Source: an uncultured virus (IMG/VR IMGVR_UViG_3300026196_000001)
Taxonomy: Duplodnaviria; Heunggongvirae; Uroviricota; Caudoviricetes
Virus record (IMG/VR): IMGVR_UViG_3300026196_000001
Strand: one strand, 5' to 3'
DNA length: 20,000 nt
Shown: positions 7,783-16,158 of the stretch, one piece after another
How the letters are laid out: the number at the start of each line of letters is the position of its first letter
Position numbering within the stretch: the first letter of the stretch is position 1
Made by a program: the position numbers and the translations under genes
Notes under the pieces: model-generated
Seen by the model: only the letters and a program-made list of their open reading frames with translations
What the model was told of the DNA's origin: nothing
Database searches by the model: none

Positions 7783-9567
7783 ATGGCGTCACACGCAGGA
7801 ACCACCGACACCGGGGTGAGGGCCGACATCTTCGGCTACCTCCCCGGCCGATCTGCGGGCTTTGGGATCCCCTTCCACCAGACTGACTACCCGTTCGTCA
7901 GCAAGGTCCCCGAGGAGGACCTCAGCGGGGCGGTGACTGCCGACGGTGGGGCGGCCTCGTCTAAGACGATCTCCACGCACGCCGGGAACGCAGACGACGT
8001 TGTGACCTTCGCGGATGCGTGGTTCGAGCAGGTCCACATCCTCCCTCGGGCCAAGTTCGAGTTCGGCAACATCATCACGCTGATCGAGGACAGCTATGAG
8101 ATCTACTCGGCCTACCGCAACACGGACGTGACGCTCACCACCATCACCAACAACGCCAGCCCGGGCGTCGACCTCCCCGGAGTGAGCGCGCCGCTGTTGG
8201 TCCCGGCCCTCTCGTCCATCCTCGACTCCTCCACGACTGACAACAGTGCAGGCACCGGCCTCGGTACGATCATCCTCACGAAGATCCAGGCCCTCGCCCA
8301 GGGTCTCCCCATCTTCGACACCTCGGTCGACTTCACCTTCGACTCCGGCGACATGCCCCAGCTCTTCGTGTCTGGGCAGCGCATCGTCCTCCTGCCCACC
8401 GAGTATGAGACTCCCGTCAAGGAGACACTGGCCTTCCTCACCGACGTGATCGAGTCCATGAGTGGAGAGGAGCAGCGCATCGCACTCCGGACGAACCCGC
8501 GCCAGATCTTCACTGTGACCTACCGCCTGGACACCGATGAGCGCCAGCGGATGCAGGCTATGCTCATGGACTGGCAGGGCAAGACCTTCGGCTTCCCGCT
8601 CTGGCACGAGAAGGTGCTCACCACGGCAGCGGTCTCGATCGGCGCGACCTCATACCCCATCTCCGGTGGCGACGACGTGGACTTCCGTGTGGGCGGCACG
8701 GCCGTCATCATCACCGACGAGCTGACCTTCGATGTGATCACGATCACCGCGAAGACGGACACCTCCATCACCGCAGATAGCGGCTCGGTGAACGCCTACC
8801 CAGCAGGCAGCACGATCATGCCGATGCGTGCCGCGATCATCCAGCGTTCCGTCGAGGGGACCCGCCACAAGGTCAACCTCCAGGACTTCCACGTAACCTT
8901 CCAGGTCCTGGACAACGACTCCGGAGCACTCGCCGGAAGCACCACCCCAGGATTCTGGTCCGTCTACGACGGGCGGGTCCTGTTCGACGACTGCAACGTC
9001 ACGGACGGGGGAATGCAGGAGAGCCACTACCAGCGCGTCTACCGGGTGGACAACTTCACTGGCGTGGTGACGCAGGACACGGCGTGGGACAAGAACAAGC
9101 ACAGCTCCGACAAGAACTTCGTCGCCCGCAGCAGGGCTGAGATCATGCAGCTGCGCAACGTGCTGCTTGCCCTCCGTGGACGGCAGAAGGCGTTCTGGCT
9201 CCCGACGTTCATCGAGGACCTCACCCCCGTCGCCCCGCTCGGCTCTGGGCTTGCGACCATGGACATCCAGTCTGTCGGCTACGTGCGCTTCATCCAGGAC
9301 CGCAACCCGAAGAAGGTGCTGCGCATCTCCTTCACCAACGGCGACCCGGATCTCGTCCGCGTGGTCCAGAGCAGCGCGACCGTGAGCACGAGCGTAGAGC
9401 GGCTGACGCTCGACACCACGTGGCCCTCCAACTACACGGTGGCGGACATCGACCGAATCCAGTTCTACGAGCTGTCCCGCTTCAACTCCGACAACGTCAA
9501 CATCATCTACCCGCGCATCGGCCTCGCCCAGGTCAACATGCCGGTGAGGACGGTCTTCGATGAGTAG
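7783..9567 (+). CDS. Virion structural protein with Dit (distal tail)-like segments
   Basis: 594 aa. 'ETLAFLTDVIESMSGEEQRIALRTNPRQ' and 'LLALRGRQKAFWLPTF' motifs resemble DUF2460/distal-tail-type proteins. It lies directly upstream of the DUF2163/BR0599 gene. Confidence 0.72.
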   Translation: MASHAGTTDTGVRADIFGYLPGRSAGFGIPFHQTDYPFVSKVPEEDLSGAVTADGGAASSKTISTHAGNADDVVTFADAWFEQVHILPRAKFEFGNIITLIEDSYEIYSAYRNTDVTLTTITNNASPGVDLPGVSAPLLVPALSSILDSSTTDNSAGTGLGTIILTKIQALAQGLPIFDTSVDFTFDSGDMPQLFVSGQRIVLLPTEYETPVKETLAFLTDVIESMSGEEQRIALRTNPRQIFTVTYRLDTDERQRMQAMLMDWQGKTFGFPLWHEKVLTTAAVSIGATSYPISGGDDVDFRVGGTAVIITDELTFDVITITAKTDTSITADSGSVNAYPAGSTIMPMRAAIIQRSVEGTRHKVNLQDFHVTFQVLDNDSGALAGSTTPGFWSVYDGRVLFDDCNVTDGGMQESHYQRVYRVDNFTGVVTQDTAWDKNKHSSDKNFVARSRAEIMQLRNVLLALRGRQKAFWLPTFIEDLTPVAPLGSGLATMDIQSVGYVRFIQDRNPKKVLRISFTNGDPDLVRVVQSSATVSTSVERLTLDTTWPSNYTVADIDRIQFYELSRFNSDNVNIIYPRIGLAQVNMPVRTVFDE

Positions 9568-10387
9568 CTTCGACACCTATGAGAGCAGCCTGGAAAGCTC
9601 GCGCCCGATCGAGATCTACAAGTTCTCGATGGGCTCAACCACCTGGACCTACACCAGCTGGAGCCAGGACGTCACGGTGTCCTCTGTCCTCTACGCGGCC
9701 ACCCCGATCAAGCGCTCGCGCATCGTGCAGGCGGCCGACCAGAAGACCCGCAACACACTGGTGACGGTCCCGAGCGAGAACCCGTTCGCCGCTCAATACA
9801 TCAACGTCTCTCCGGGCGAGAAGGCGACGCTGACCATCTTCCGCCTACAGCCAGACGAGGTCCCGACGTTCGACACGCAAGTCATGATCTTCAAGGGGAC
9901 CGTGCAGGCCGTGACCTTCCCTCGCGACGGCTACACCTCCGAGATCGTGGTCCGCAGTATCGAATCTGCCAAGAACCAGAACCTGCCGCGCGTCACCTAC
10001 ATGGGGATGTGCCAGCACTCCCTCTATGACGGCGCGTGCGGTGTCGACTCCGGCCTGTTCAACTTCGTCGGCCCGGTCGCCTCCGGCGGCACGACCGCCG
10101 AAATCACCGTCACCGGGGCTAACTCCAAGCCGGACGGCTACTGGACCGCCGGGTATGTAACCCCCCTGTCGGGCAGCCAGGACTTCCGGTTCATCGTCAA
10201 GCACGTCGGCAACGTCCTGACCCTGCTCCTGCCCTTCGCCTCCGACGTGTCCGGGCAGAACGTCCAGGTCTTCGCTGGCTGCGACCACGTCGCAACAGGC
10301 GACTGCAAGACGAAGTTCGAGAACGTGCTTGAGTTCGGCGGCTGTCCGTTCGTCCCCAATCGTAACCCCTTCTCCAGTGGTTTGTAG
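9560..10387 (+). CDS. Baseplate hub / tail tip protein, DUF2163 + phage BR0599 family
   Basis: 'S...SRPIEIYKF' start, 'CQHSLYDGACGV', and a C-terminal 'FAGCDH...DCKTKFENVLEFGGCPFVPNRNPF'. The four-Cys arrangement is like the Fe-S-binding lambda gpL/GTA hub proteins. Confidence 0.9.
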   Translation: MSSFDTYESSLESSRPIEIYKFSMGSTTWTYTSWSQDVTVSSVLYAATPIKRSRIVQAADQKTRNTLVTVPSENPFAAQYINVSPGEKATLTIFRLQPDEVPTFDTQVMIFKGTVQAVTFPRDGYTSEIVVRSIESAKNQNLPRVTYMGMCQHSLYDGACGVDSGLFNFVGPVASGGTTAEITVTGANSKPDGYWTAGYVTPLSGSQDFRFIVKHVGNVLTLLLPFASDVSGQNVQVFAGCDHVATGDCKTKFENVLEFGGCPFVPNRNPFSSGL

Positions 10388-10394
10388 GATGGCT

Positions 10395-10796
10395 ATGACG
10401 GGTGCAGAGCGGAAGCGTAAGTATAGAGCCACTGAGAAAGGGAAGGCTGCACAGAAAAAGCAGTATGAACGATTCAGGGAGCGTCTGGCCGGAGATCCGG
10501 ACCTCCGACGTCACGTCCGTGATCAGCAGTTCAAGCAGCATCATGGGGTAGACCGCCCGGAGGCGGACCGTATGATAGATGAGCAGGGTGGCCTGTGTGC
10601 GATCTGCGGAAAACCAGCCTCCGGGAAGGGTCACTGCTCTCGCCTGCACGTGGACCACGACCACAAGACAGGCGCAGTGCGCGGGATGCTCTGCCATCGC
10701 TGCAACGCAGGGCTGGGGCAGTTCGGTGACGATTCGTTAGTTCTGGAAGCGGCACTCGCGTATCTGAAGAAGCACGCCAAGGAGACGTCTTCATGA
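10395..10796 (+). CDS. Endonuclease VII-family (HNH-like) free-standing nuclease
   Basis: 'QGGLCAICG...LHVDHDHKTGAVRGMLCHRCNAGLGQFGDD...AALAYL' is the recombination endonuclease VII signature, with a basic N-terminus. Start is at 10395 (AGGA 5 nt upstream) or 10389. Confidence 0.92.
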   Translation: MTGAERKRKYRATEKGKAAQKKQYERFRERLAGDPDLRRHVRDQQFKQHHGVDRPEADRMIDEQGGLCAICGKPASGKGHCSRLHVDHDHKTGAVRGMLCHRCNAGLGQFGDDSLVLEAALAYLKKHAKETSS

Positions 10797-13700
10797 GAGC
10801 CTCAGATCACCCCGTAATCGACTTCGGCGCTCCTCTGAGGGCTTTGTCATACTGGCCCCGCAAGATCGTCTGTGGGACGCTCCTGGCGCTCCTGGGGCAC
10901 TCCCTGTGGGTCCACAGCCAGCCGCGCCCCGATGGAGCCCCGGCGGAGGCCTTCCTGCTGACCCTGGCCCTGTTTGCGGTGGCCGTGGTCCTCCAGGAGC
11001 TGCTGCGCCCGAAGCCCCAGATCGAGGACGCCCGCCCCGCCGGACTGGGCGACTTCAGCTTCCCCACCGCCACCGAGGGCCGGGTGATCCCGCTCGTCTT
11101 CGGGCGGAACAAGCTGAAGGGCCCCAACGTGATCTGGTATGGAGACCTCACCCAGGATGCCGTGAAGGAGACCCAGAAGACCGGGCTTTGGTCGAAGACC
11201 ACCTTCATCAAGGGCTGGAAATACAAGGTCGGCTTCCAGTTTGGCCTCTGCCGCGGCGACGACACGATCCCTGTTGTCCTGCGCCGAGTCTGGGTCGGGG
11301 AGGACGAGGTCTTCTCCGGGTCCGTCGCCTCGGGTGGACGCTTCGACATCGACGAGCCCACGCTCTTCGGCGGGGACGATCTCGGCACCGGCGGCATCCA
11401 GGCCACCTGCGACTTCTACGGCGGCACCTCCACACAGGCCGTCAACGCCTACCTGGACGACCCGGCCCGGCAGCAGATCGCCATGGCGACGGCCACGGAC
11501 ACCGCCCCCCGCTACACCGGCACCTGCCACCTCGTCGTGCGCGAGATGACTGGCGCGGCCCCATCGGCCTCCAACCTGGGGGCCTACGTCGGCAACTCCA
11601 CGAACATCCCCGCCTGGGCGTTCGAGATCGAGCGCTACCCGGACCTCTTCTCCGGGCAGACCGGCTCAGAGAACAAGGTGGGCGTGGACTGCAACCCCAT
11701 GAACGTGATCTACGAGGTCCTGACCAACAGCGACTGGGGCTTCGGCTTCCCGGCGGCCGACATCGACGTCGGCGTGGGCAGCTCGTTCCTCCTGGCGAGC
11801 GACTCCCTGATCGCGGAGGGTAACGGTTTCTCGATGATCGTGGACAAGGCCATGACCGCCGCGGACTTCCTGGCCGAGCTGGAGCGCCAGATCGGCGGAG
11901 TCCTGTTCCTCGACCAGCGCACGGGCCTGTGGACCGTCAACCTCGCCCGGGAGTCCAGCCACGGCTACTTCGGCTGGGACATCAACACGGTCCCGCAGCT
12001 GAGCGACAGCAACGTCAAGTCGGTCTCCGACTTCAGCCGCGGCTCGTGGGAGGACACCACGAACCAGATCGCCGTCCAGTTCCACAAGCGCGACGATGAC
12101 TACAAGGAGAGCTACGCGATCGCCCAGGACATGGCGAACGCGATGATCCAGGGCGGCGGCACCGTCACCAGCCGGAAGCTGGTCAGCGCCCAGGTGGTGT
12201 TCCCGGGAGTGAAAGACAGCGACCTCGCGAGCAACCTCGCATGGCGCGAGCTGCGCAGCCAGAGCTTCCCGCTCGCCCGTGGGAAGTTCACTGTCAGCCG
12301 CCAGTTCTGGGATCTGAAGGTCGGCAGCGTGGTCGCCTGGACCACGACCAAGCTCGGCTTCACGAAGCTCCCGATGCGCGTGATGTCGATCGACTACGGG
12401 CTCCTCCAGGACAACAAGATGGAGGTGGTCCTGGTGCAGGACGTCTTCAGCTTCGCTGCGGCGAGCTACGGCTCCCCGGCCGCGTCCGGCTGGACCGCGC
12501 CGAGTGTGGCCCTGTCTGCCTACCCGAGCACCGAGCAGCTCGTGCAGGAAGCCCCCCGCGCACTCATCGTCCGGGACCCGGACTACCTCGGCGACGCCAA
12601 CATCTCGAAGGTCCACTGCGCCACGCACCGCCAGGGCGGAGAGGCTACGTTCGACATCACGCAGCGCAACTCCTCGGGCACCCCGAGCGGGGCCTACGCC
12701 GACGCCGGACAGGTGGTGTCGTTCTCCCTGCTCGGTGAGCTGAAGACCGCGCTCGCCGCGGGCACCGCCATCCCGACCACCACCATCACCATCACGCCGT
12801 CCGACGACAGCCAAGCCGCACTGGAGAGCGCCTTCAACGATGCCGCGACCCTGACCGACATCGGGCAGTCGCTCCAGCACCTGATCAAGGTCGGCAACGA
12901 ATACATGCTGGTCTCGTCCGCCGCGAACAACGTGTCCGACGTCGACCTCCAGAACGTCTACCGCGGAGCGCTGGACAGTGCCCAGATGTCGCACGCAGCC
13001 GGGACCAAGGTCTGGCTGCTCTTCACGGGCTCCGGGCTCAGCGACACCATCTTCCCGAACACCAACAACGTGGACATCGAGCTGCGCATGAAGTCTGCCG
13101 CATCGCGCTTCTCGGGCTCGGTGACCACCGTGAGTCAGGCGATGGCCCAGCGGGCGGTCCGCCCCTACCCGCCCGCTGCCCTGCTCTACAACGGCTCTTC
13201 GACGGAGTTCGGCGCGATCGACCTGGAGGCAGATGGCTCCGGCCTGAATGGCGTCGGCTTCGACGTCGACTGGTGGCGGCGTGCCTACACCACTCCCGAC
13301 GAGGTGCTGTCCCTGACCGCGGACGACGCCGGTGTGGATGCCAGCACTGAATATCGAGTGTCGGTCTACGTAGACCCGACCGGCTCGAACGTCCTCGCCT
13401 ACCAGTCCTCCTGGGCAACCGGAGCTTCGCTCGGCACGCGCCCGACTCAGGCCGAGATCGCCAATGAGGCCGCTGCTGGGACCGAGATCCGCGTGCGCAT
13501 CGAGACGCGCCACGACTATTCCGACTCGAAGGAGACGCTCACCAACCTGGAGAGCCGCTACACCCTCGACCACGACGTCACGCCCACCAGCTCCCGGAGC
13601 AGCCACTTCTACCTCGGCGGAGACCTCTCCGGCGGCGTCGGCTCGAACGTCTACACCGCAGCCGCCTCCGGCACGTTCACCGTCAACATCGGCGCGATCT

Positions 13701-13921
13701 TCAACAGCCAGATCCAGTATCGCATCAACGGCGGCACGTGGACCAACCTCTCAGGATACACCCCCAACGTCAGCACGACCGGCACCATCCCCGGTGTGGT
13801 CGCCACAGACACCATCGAACTGAAGCACCTCACGAACACGGGCCCGTCCCGCAACTTCGTGGAGCTACAAAACCCAAGCGCTACGAATGTGGCCTATGGC
13901 GTCTTCACGGACGCCACCTAG
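10793..13921 (+). CDS. Central tail / tip attachment protein (GTA-like phage-tail_3, gpJ-like)
   Basis: 1042 aa. 'LRPKP...DFSFPTATEGRVIPLVFG...GPNVIWYGD', 'NPMNVIYEVLTNSDWGFG', 'TNQIAVQF', 'LAWRELRSQSFPL...LKVGSVV', 'RGALDS....HAAGTKVW' and 'RPYPPA' motifs. Shine-Dalgarno AAGGAG at 10779-10784. Confidence 0.88.
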   Translation: MRASDHPVIDFGAPLRALSYWPRKIVCGTLLALLGHSLWVHSQPRPDGAPAEAFLLTLALFAVAVVLQELLRPKPQIEDARPAGLGDFSFPTATEGRVIPLVFGRNKLKGPNVIWYGDLTQDAVKETQKTGLWSKTTFIKGWKYKVGFQFGLCRGDDTIPVVLRRVWVGEDEVFSGSVASGGRFDIDEPTLFGGDDLGTGGIQATCDFYGGTSTQAVNAYLDDPARQQIAMATATDTAPRYTGTCHLVVREMTGAAPSASNLGAYVGNSTNIPAWAFEIERYPDLFSGQTGSENKVGVDCNPMNVIYEVLTNSDWGFGFPAADIDVGVGSSFLLASDSLIAEGNGFSMIVDKAMTAADFLAELERQIGGVLFLDQRTGLWTVNLARESSHGYFGWDINTVPQLSDSNVKSVSDFSRGSWEDTTNQIAVQFHKRDDDYKESYAIAQDMANAMIQGGGTVTSRKLVSAQVVFPGVKDSDLASNLAWRELRSQSFPLARGKFTVSRQFWDLKVGSVVAWTTTKLGFTKLPMRVMSIDYGLLQDNKMEVVLVQDVFSFAAASYGSPAASGWTAPSVALSAYPSTEQLVQEAPRALIVRDPDYLGDANISKVHCATHRQGGEATFDITQRNSSGTPSGAYADAGQVVSFSLLGELKTALAAGTAIPTTTITITPSDDSQAALESAFNDAATLTDIGQSLQHLIKVGNEYMLVSSAANNVSDVDLQNVYRGALDSAQMSHAAGTKVWLLFTGSGLSDTIFPNTNNVDIELRMKSAASRFSGSVTTVSQAMAQRAVRPYPPAALLYNGSSTEFGAIDLEADGSGLNGVGFDVDWWRRAYTTPDEVLSLTADDAGVDASTEYRVSVYVDPTGSNVLAYQSSWATGASLGTRPTQAEIANEAAAGTEIRVRIETRHDYSDSKETLTNLESRYTLDHDVTPTSSRSSHFYLGGDLSGGVGSNVYTAAASGTFTVNIGAIFNSQIQYRINGGTWTNLSGYTPNVSTTGTIPGVVATDTIELKHLTNTGPSRNFVELQNPSATNVAYGVFTDAT

Positions 13922-13929
13922 GAGTATCA

Positions 13930-14232
13930 ATGGAAGACCACGAACTTCATGAACTGATCCGGCACACGTCACAGGAGACGGCCAAGGAGACCGCCGAGGC
14001 GATGGGTGAGGAGATCCGCAAGCGCGTAGACGAGGGGGTGTCCGACGCGCTGACCCGGGTCGGCATCGACATGGGAGATCCGATCGAGGTCCAGCAGGAC
14101 ATGAGCTTCGTGCGCGACTGGCGCAAGACCGCCAGGGCTGTAAAGCGGAAGGGGATGATCACTGCGGCCGGGATCCTCGTGACCGGGATCCTCGGGGCGA
14201 TCTGGATCGGTATCAAGTCCGTGCTCGGATGA
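13930..14232 (+). CDS. Small membrane protein with one C-terminal TM helix (holin-like, unconfirmed)
   Basis: AGGAG precedes the ATG at 13930. 100 aa: charged helical N-terminus, 'LTRVGID..DPIEVQQD..FVRDWR', then the hydrophobic GMITAAGILVTGILGAIWIGI. It sits at the end of the tail operon. Confidence 0.6.
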   Translation: MEDHELHELIRHTSQETAKETAEAMGEEIRKRVDEGVSDALTRVGIDMGDPIEVQQDMSFVRDWRKTARAVKRKGMITAAGILVTGILGAIWIGIKSVLG

Positions 14233-14245
14233 GTGGATGCCGCAC

Positions 14246-14269
14246 CTGCAACCCTGACGGGTCGTGCAG
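14246..14269. terminator. Hairpin between convergent operons (possible bidirectional terminator or processing site)
   Basis: CTGCA-ACCC / TGAC loop / GGGT-cg-TGCAG, located between the stops at 14232 (+) and 14286 (-). No U-tract on either strand. Confidence 0.3.
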
Positions 14270-14285
14270 CACCCGCTGCTGGGCC

Positions 14286-14534
14286 TCAGAAGACGGTGAT
14301 GTCGTCAGACATGATCCCGTCGACGATCCCAGACAGTGCGTCCAGCTCCGTCAGCTGGGCCTGCCTCTTGAGGAGCTTGTCGAAGATGGCGGTGGCGATC
14401 TCGAAGGGAGTGCCTAGCCTCTCCGGGAAGCCCTCCACCTTGCCGTCCGCTGTCGATGCGACCAAGGTCTCCCCCAGCCGGTAGAGCGTGAGCGTCTGCC
14501 CGCGAACTTCGAGTGCGATGAGCTTGATCTTCAC
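14286..14534 (-). CDS. Hypothetical protein (82 aa, MKIKLIALEVRGQ...)
   Basis: GTG start overlaps the upstream stop (GTGA at 14531-14534) and is preceded by GAGGAG. Confidence 0.7.
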   Translation of the reverse strand: MKIKLIALEVRGQTLTLYRLGETLVASTADGKVEGFPERLGTPFEIATAIFDKLLKRQAQLTELDALSGIVDGIMSDDITVF

Positions 14535-14728
14535 AGTATCTGCTCCTCGATGATCTCGATCATGTCCCAGTCCTCGCCCTGGTCGGGCAGCTTCTCTGCT
14601 GCCACCTCGTAGAGCCGGTCCGAGATGTCTACCATCGGGGTGTCGTCCTCGAACGACCTGTCCACGTAGACCACCCGGCACTGGCCGACCGAGTCGGCGA
14701 ACGTCACTTTGGCTTTCCAAATCTCCAT
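14531..14728 (-). CDS. Hypothetical acidic protein (65 aa, MEIWKAKVTF...)
   Basis: AAGGAG lies 6 nt before the ATG at 14728. It is coupled to the next gene. Confidence 0.72.
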   Translation of the reverse strand: MEIWKAKVTFADSVGQCRVVYVDRSFEDDTPMVDISDRLYEVAAEKLPDQGEDWDMIEIIEEQIL

Positions 14729-14757
14729 GTGTGTCTCCTTGTCGTTGAACTGCTGAA

Positions 14758-14952
14758 CTATACCTGCTCGTCCGGGAGGATGTCGGGATTTTCCAGCAAA
14801 GCATCCCGGATTGCCCTCCTGACCAGCTCCCTCGCGATCAGCCGCATGAGTTCGCGCAGGTAGATGCGCATGAAGTCCCGGTAGCAAGCCCCCCCCCTGA
14901 GTGCCTGTGTCAGCTTCGGCTTGACCTCCTCGTCCCACCACTGCTCAATCAC
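14758..14952 (-). CDS. Hypothetical helical protein (64 aa)
   Basis: GTGA overlap with the HD gene stop, and it fills the gap. Confidence 0.6.
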   Translation of the reverse strand: MIEQWWDEEVKPKLTQALRGGACYRDFMRIYLRELMRLIARELVRRAIRDALLENPDILPDEQV

Positions 14953-15359
14953 AGGTCTGCCAGACTTTCCCGGAGAAACTTCTGCGCCTCCAGGTAGCGC
15001 GGTCGTAGGGACTCCTTCTCCTTGGGCATATTCCGGAGATTGTCTGCGAGATCGGCCAGCTTGACCAGGACTGCGATCCGGCCGCCGAGGGGGATCGCTC
15101 GGACATATTCGTAGTAGGTCTCATCGTCCTCCCGAGTCAGGAAGTAGACGAGATCCTGCACCTCATCTCCGAAGAGCAGGCCGATCTCCTCATCGGTGGC
15201 GTGGCCGTCCTCTACGAGGTCGTGAAGATAGCCTACGGTGCGCGCCGTCATGTCGTCGAACTGACCTCCGACACGAAGCGAGTGATCCACGACGCGGTCG
15301 TTTCTCGGTGCTCTCGCCAACAGGAACTTCAGCGCCTTGACTGCGATGTCTTCACTCAT
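14949..15359 (-). CDS. HD-domain phosphohydrolase, RelA/SpoT hydrolase (Mesh1/small alarmone hydrolase)-like
   Basis: 136 aa from the ATG at 15359: 'DHSLRV...YLHDLVED...FGDEVQDLVYFLTR...Y..Y...AVLVKLADLADN'. The H, HD, ED, D and N residues are in SpoT/Mesh1 order. Confidence 0.85.
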   Translation of the reverse strand: MSEDIAVKALKFLLARAPRNDRVVDHSLRVGGQFDDMTARTVGYLHDLVEDGHATDEEIGLLFGDEVQDLVYFLTREDDETYYEYVRAIPLGGRIAVLVKLADLADNLRNMPKEKESLRPRYLEAQKFLRESLADL

Positions 15360-15729
15360 CCTTCTTCCCCTCCATGTCCGCGAGACTGATCGGCGGATCA
15401 TAGGTCTCGATGATCTCTGCCCCGGACTTCGCCCAGAAGACCGAGCTTCCGTCGCGGAACGACAGCTTCGCGCCCTCACCCTTTCGGTGAAGGACCGCGT
15501 ATAGCTTGTCCTTGTATCGTGCCCGGGCGATCACGACCGGATCGTCGACCGCCACCGTCTCTTTGGGCGGATTGTCCCGGATGCTCCGCGCGATGCTGAT
15601 GTCCTCGGTGAACCAGCACTTGTGCTTGGTGTCCCAGCGGCAGCCCAGCCCCTTCAGCTTCTCCTTGATCGGATAGGTGTAGCCCCTGATCAGGAACCGC
15701 TCACCGACTTTCGTGACTTCGATGCTCAT
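15352..15729 (-). CDS. Hypothetical protein with an N-terminal DUF5710-like motif
   Basis: 125 aa. 'GYTYPIKEKLKGLGCRWDTKHKCW' matches the K-x-L-G-x-R-W-D-x(3)-K-x-W pattern. AGGAG upstream. Confidence 0.7.
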   Translation of the reverse strand: MSIEVTKVGERFLIRGYTYPIKEKLKGLGCRWDTKHKCWFTEDISIARSIRDNPPKETVAVDDPVVIARARYKDKLYAVLHRKGEGAKLSFRDGSSVFWAKSGAEIIETYDPPISLADMEGKKDE

Positions 15730-15913
15730 CCATGTCTCCTAGTTGTTCTCGTAGGTCGTGCAGCACCACGGTCAGGGTGTCTGCGTCGATGTAGTCGCCC
15801 TGCTCCAGCAGGGAATCTCCTCGCGCGATCCCATGATCCGCGATCCGTGTGGCCGTCTCAGCGATCTCGCGCAGGATGGCCGTGTTGAGGTGGTTCAGCC
15901 TGATCCGGATCAT
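15701..15913 (-). CDS. Hypothetical protein (70 aa)
   Basis: ATGA overlap at 15910-15913, and part of the coupled chain. Confidence 0.6.
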   Translation of the reverse strand: MIRIRLNHLNTAILREIAETATRIADHGIARGDSLLEQGDYIDADTLTVVLHDLREQLGDMDEHRSHESR

Positions 15914-16158
15914 CCACTGATGACCATCCCGGTTTCCGCCGAGATGACCTCCATGTCTTCAGGATCAATGAACAGCTCTCGGAGTCCGCGCCCGCTGACG
16001 AGGATTTCCTCGTCGCTTCCCAGGACGCGGACCAGGAACGCATCATCCACGACGAGTGGCATCTGCGTAACTTCACAGTATTGCTGCTCCTTGATCATCT
16101 GGAGGATGTTGACCTTGTTGACGTGCGCCGATGTTGGCCCTGGGATGTTCGTGCTCAC
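15910..16158 (-). CDS. Hypothetical protein (82 aa, MSTNIPGPTSAHVNK...)
   Basis: GTG at 16158 overlaps the upstream TGA (GTGA 16155-16158). Codon usage looks phage-like. Confidence 0.65.
   Translation of the reverse strand: MSTNIPGPTSAHVNKVNILQMIKEQQYCEVTQMPLVVDDAFLVRVLGSDEEILVSGRGLRELFIDPEDMEVISAETGMVISG

Noticed and set aside
1668..13606. Long antisense ORFs (e.g. 1668-2795, 8650-9576, 11666-13606)
   Set aside because: They are shadow ORFs opposite well-supported genes, as expected from high GC3 codon bias, and carry no recognisable motifs.
14229..14417. Cys-rich 62-aa ORF (MSGCRTCNPDGSCSTRC) coupled by ATGA to the holin-like gene
   Set aside because: Most of it overlaps the better-supported minus-strand gene 14286-14534. 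It could be a remnant but cannot be supported.
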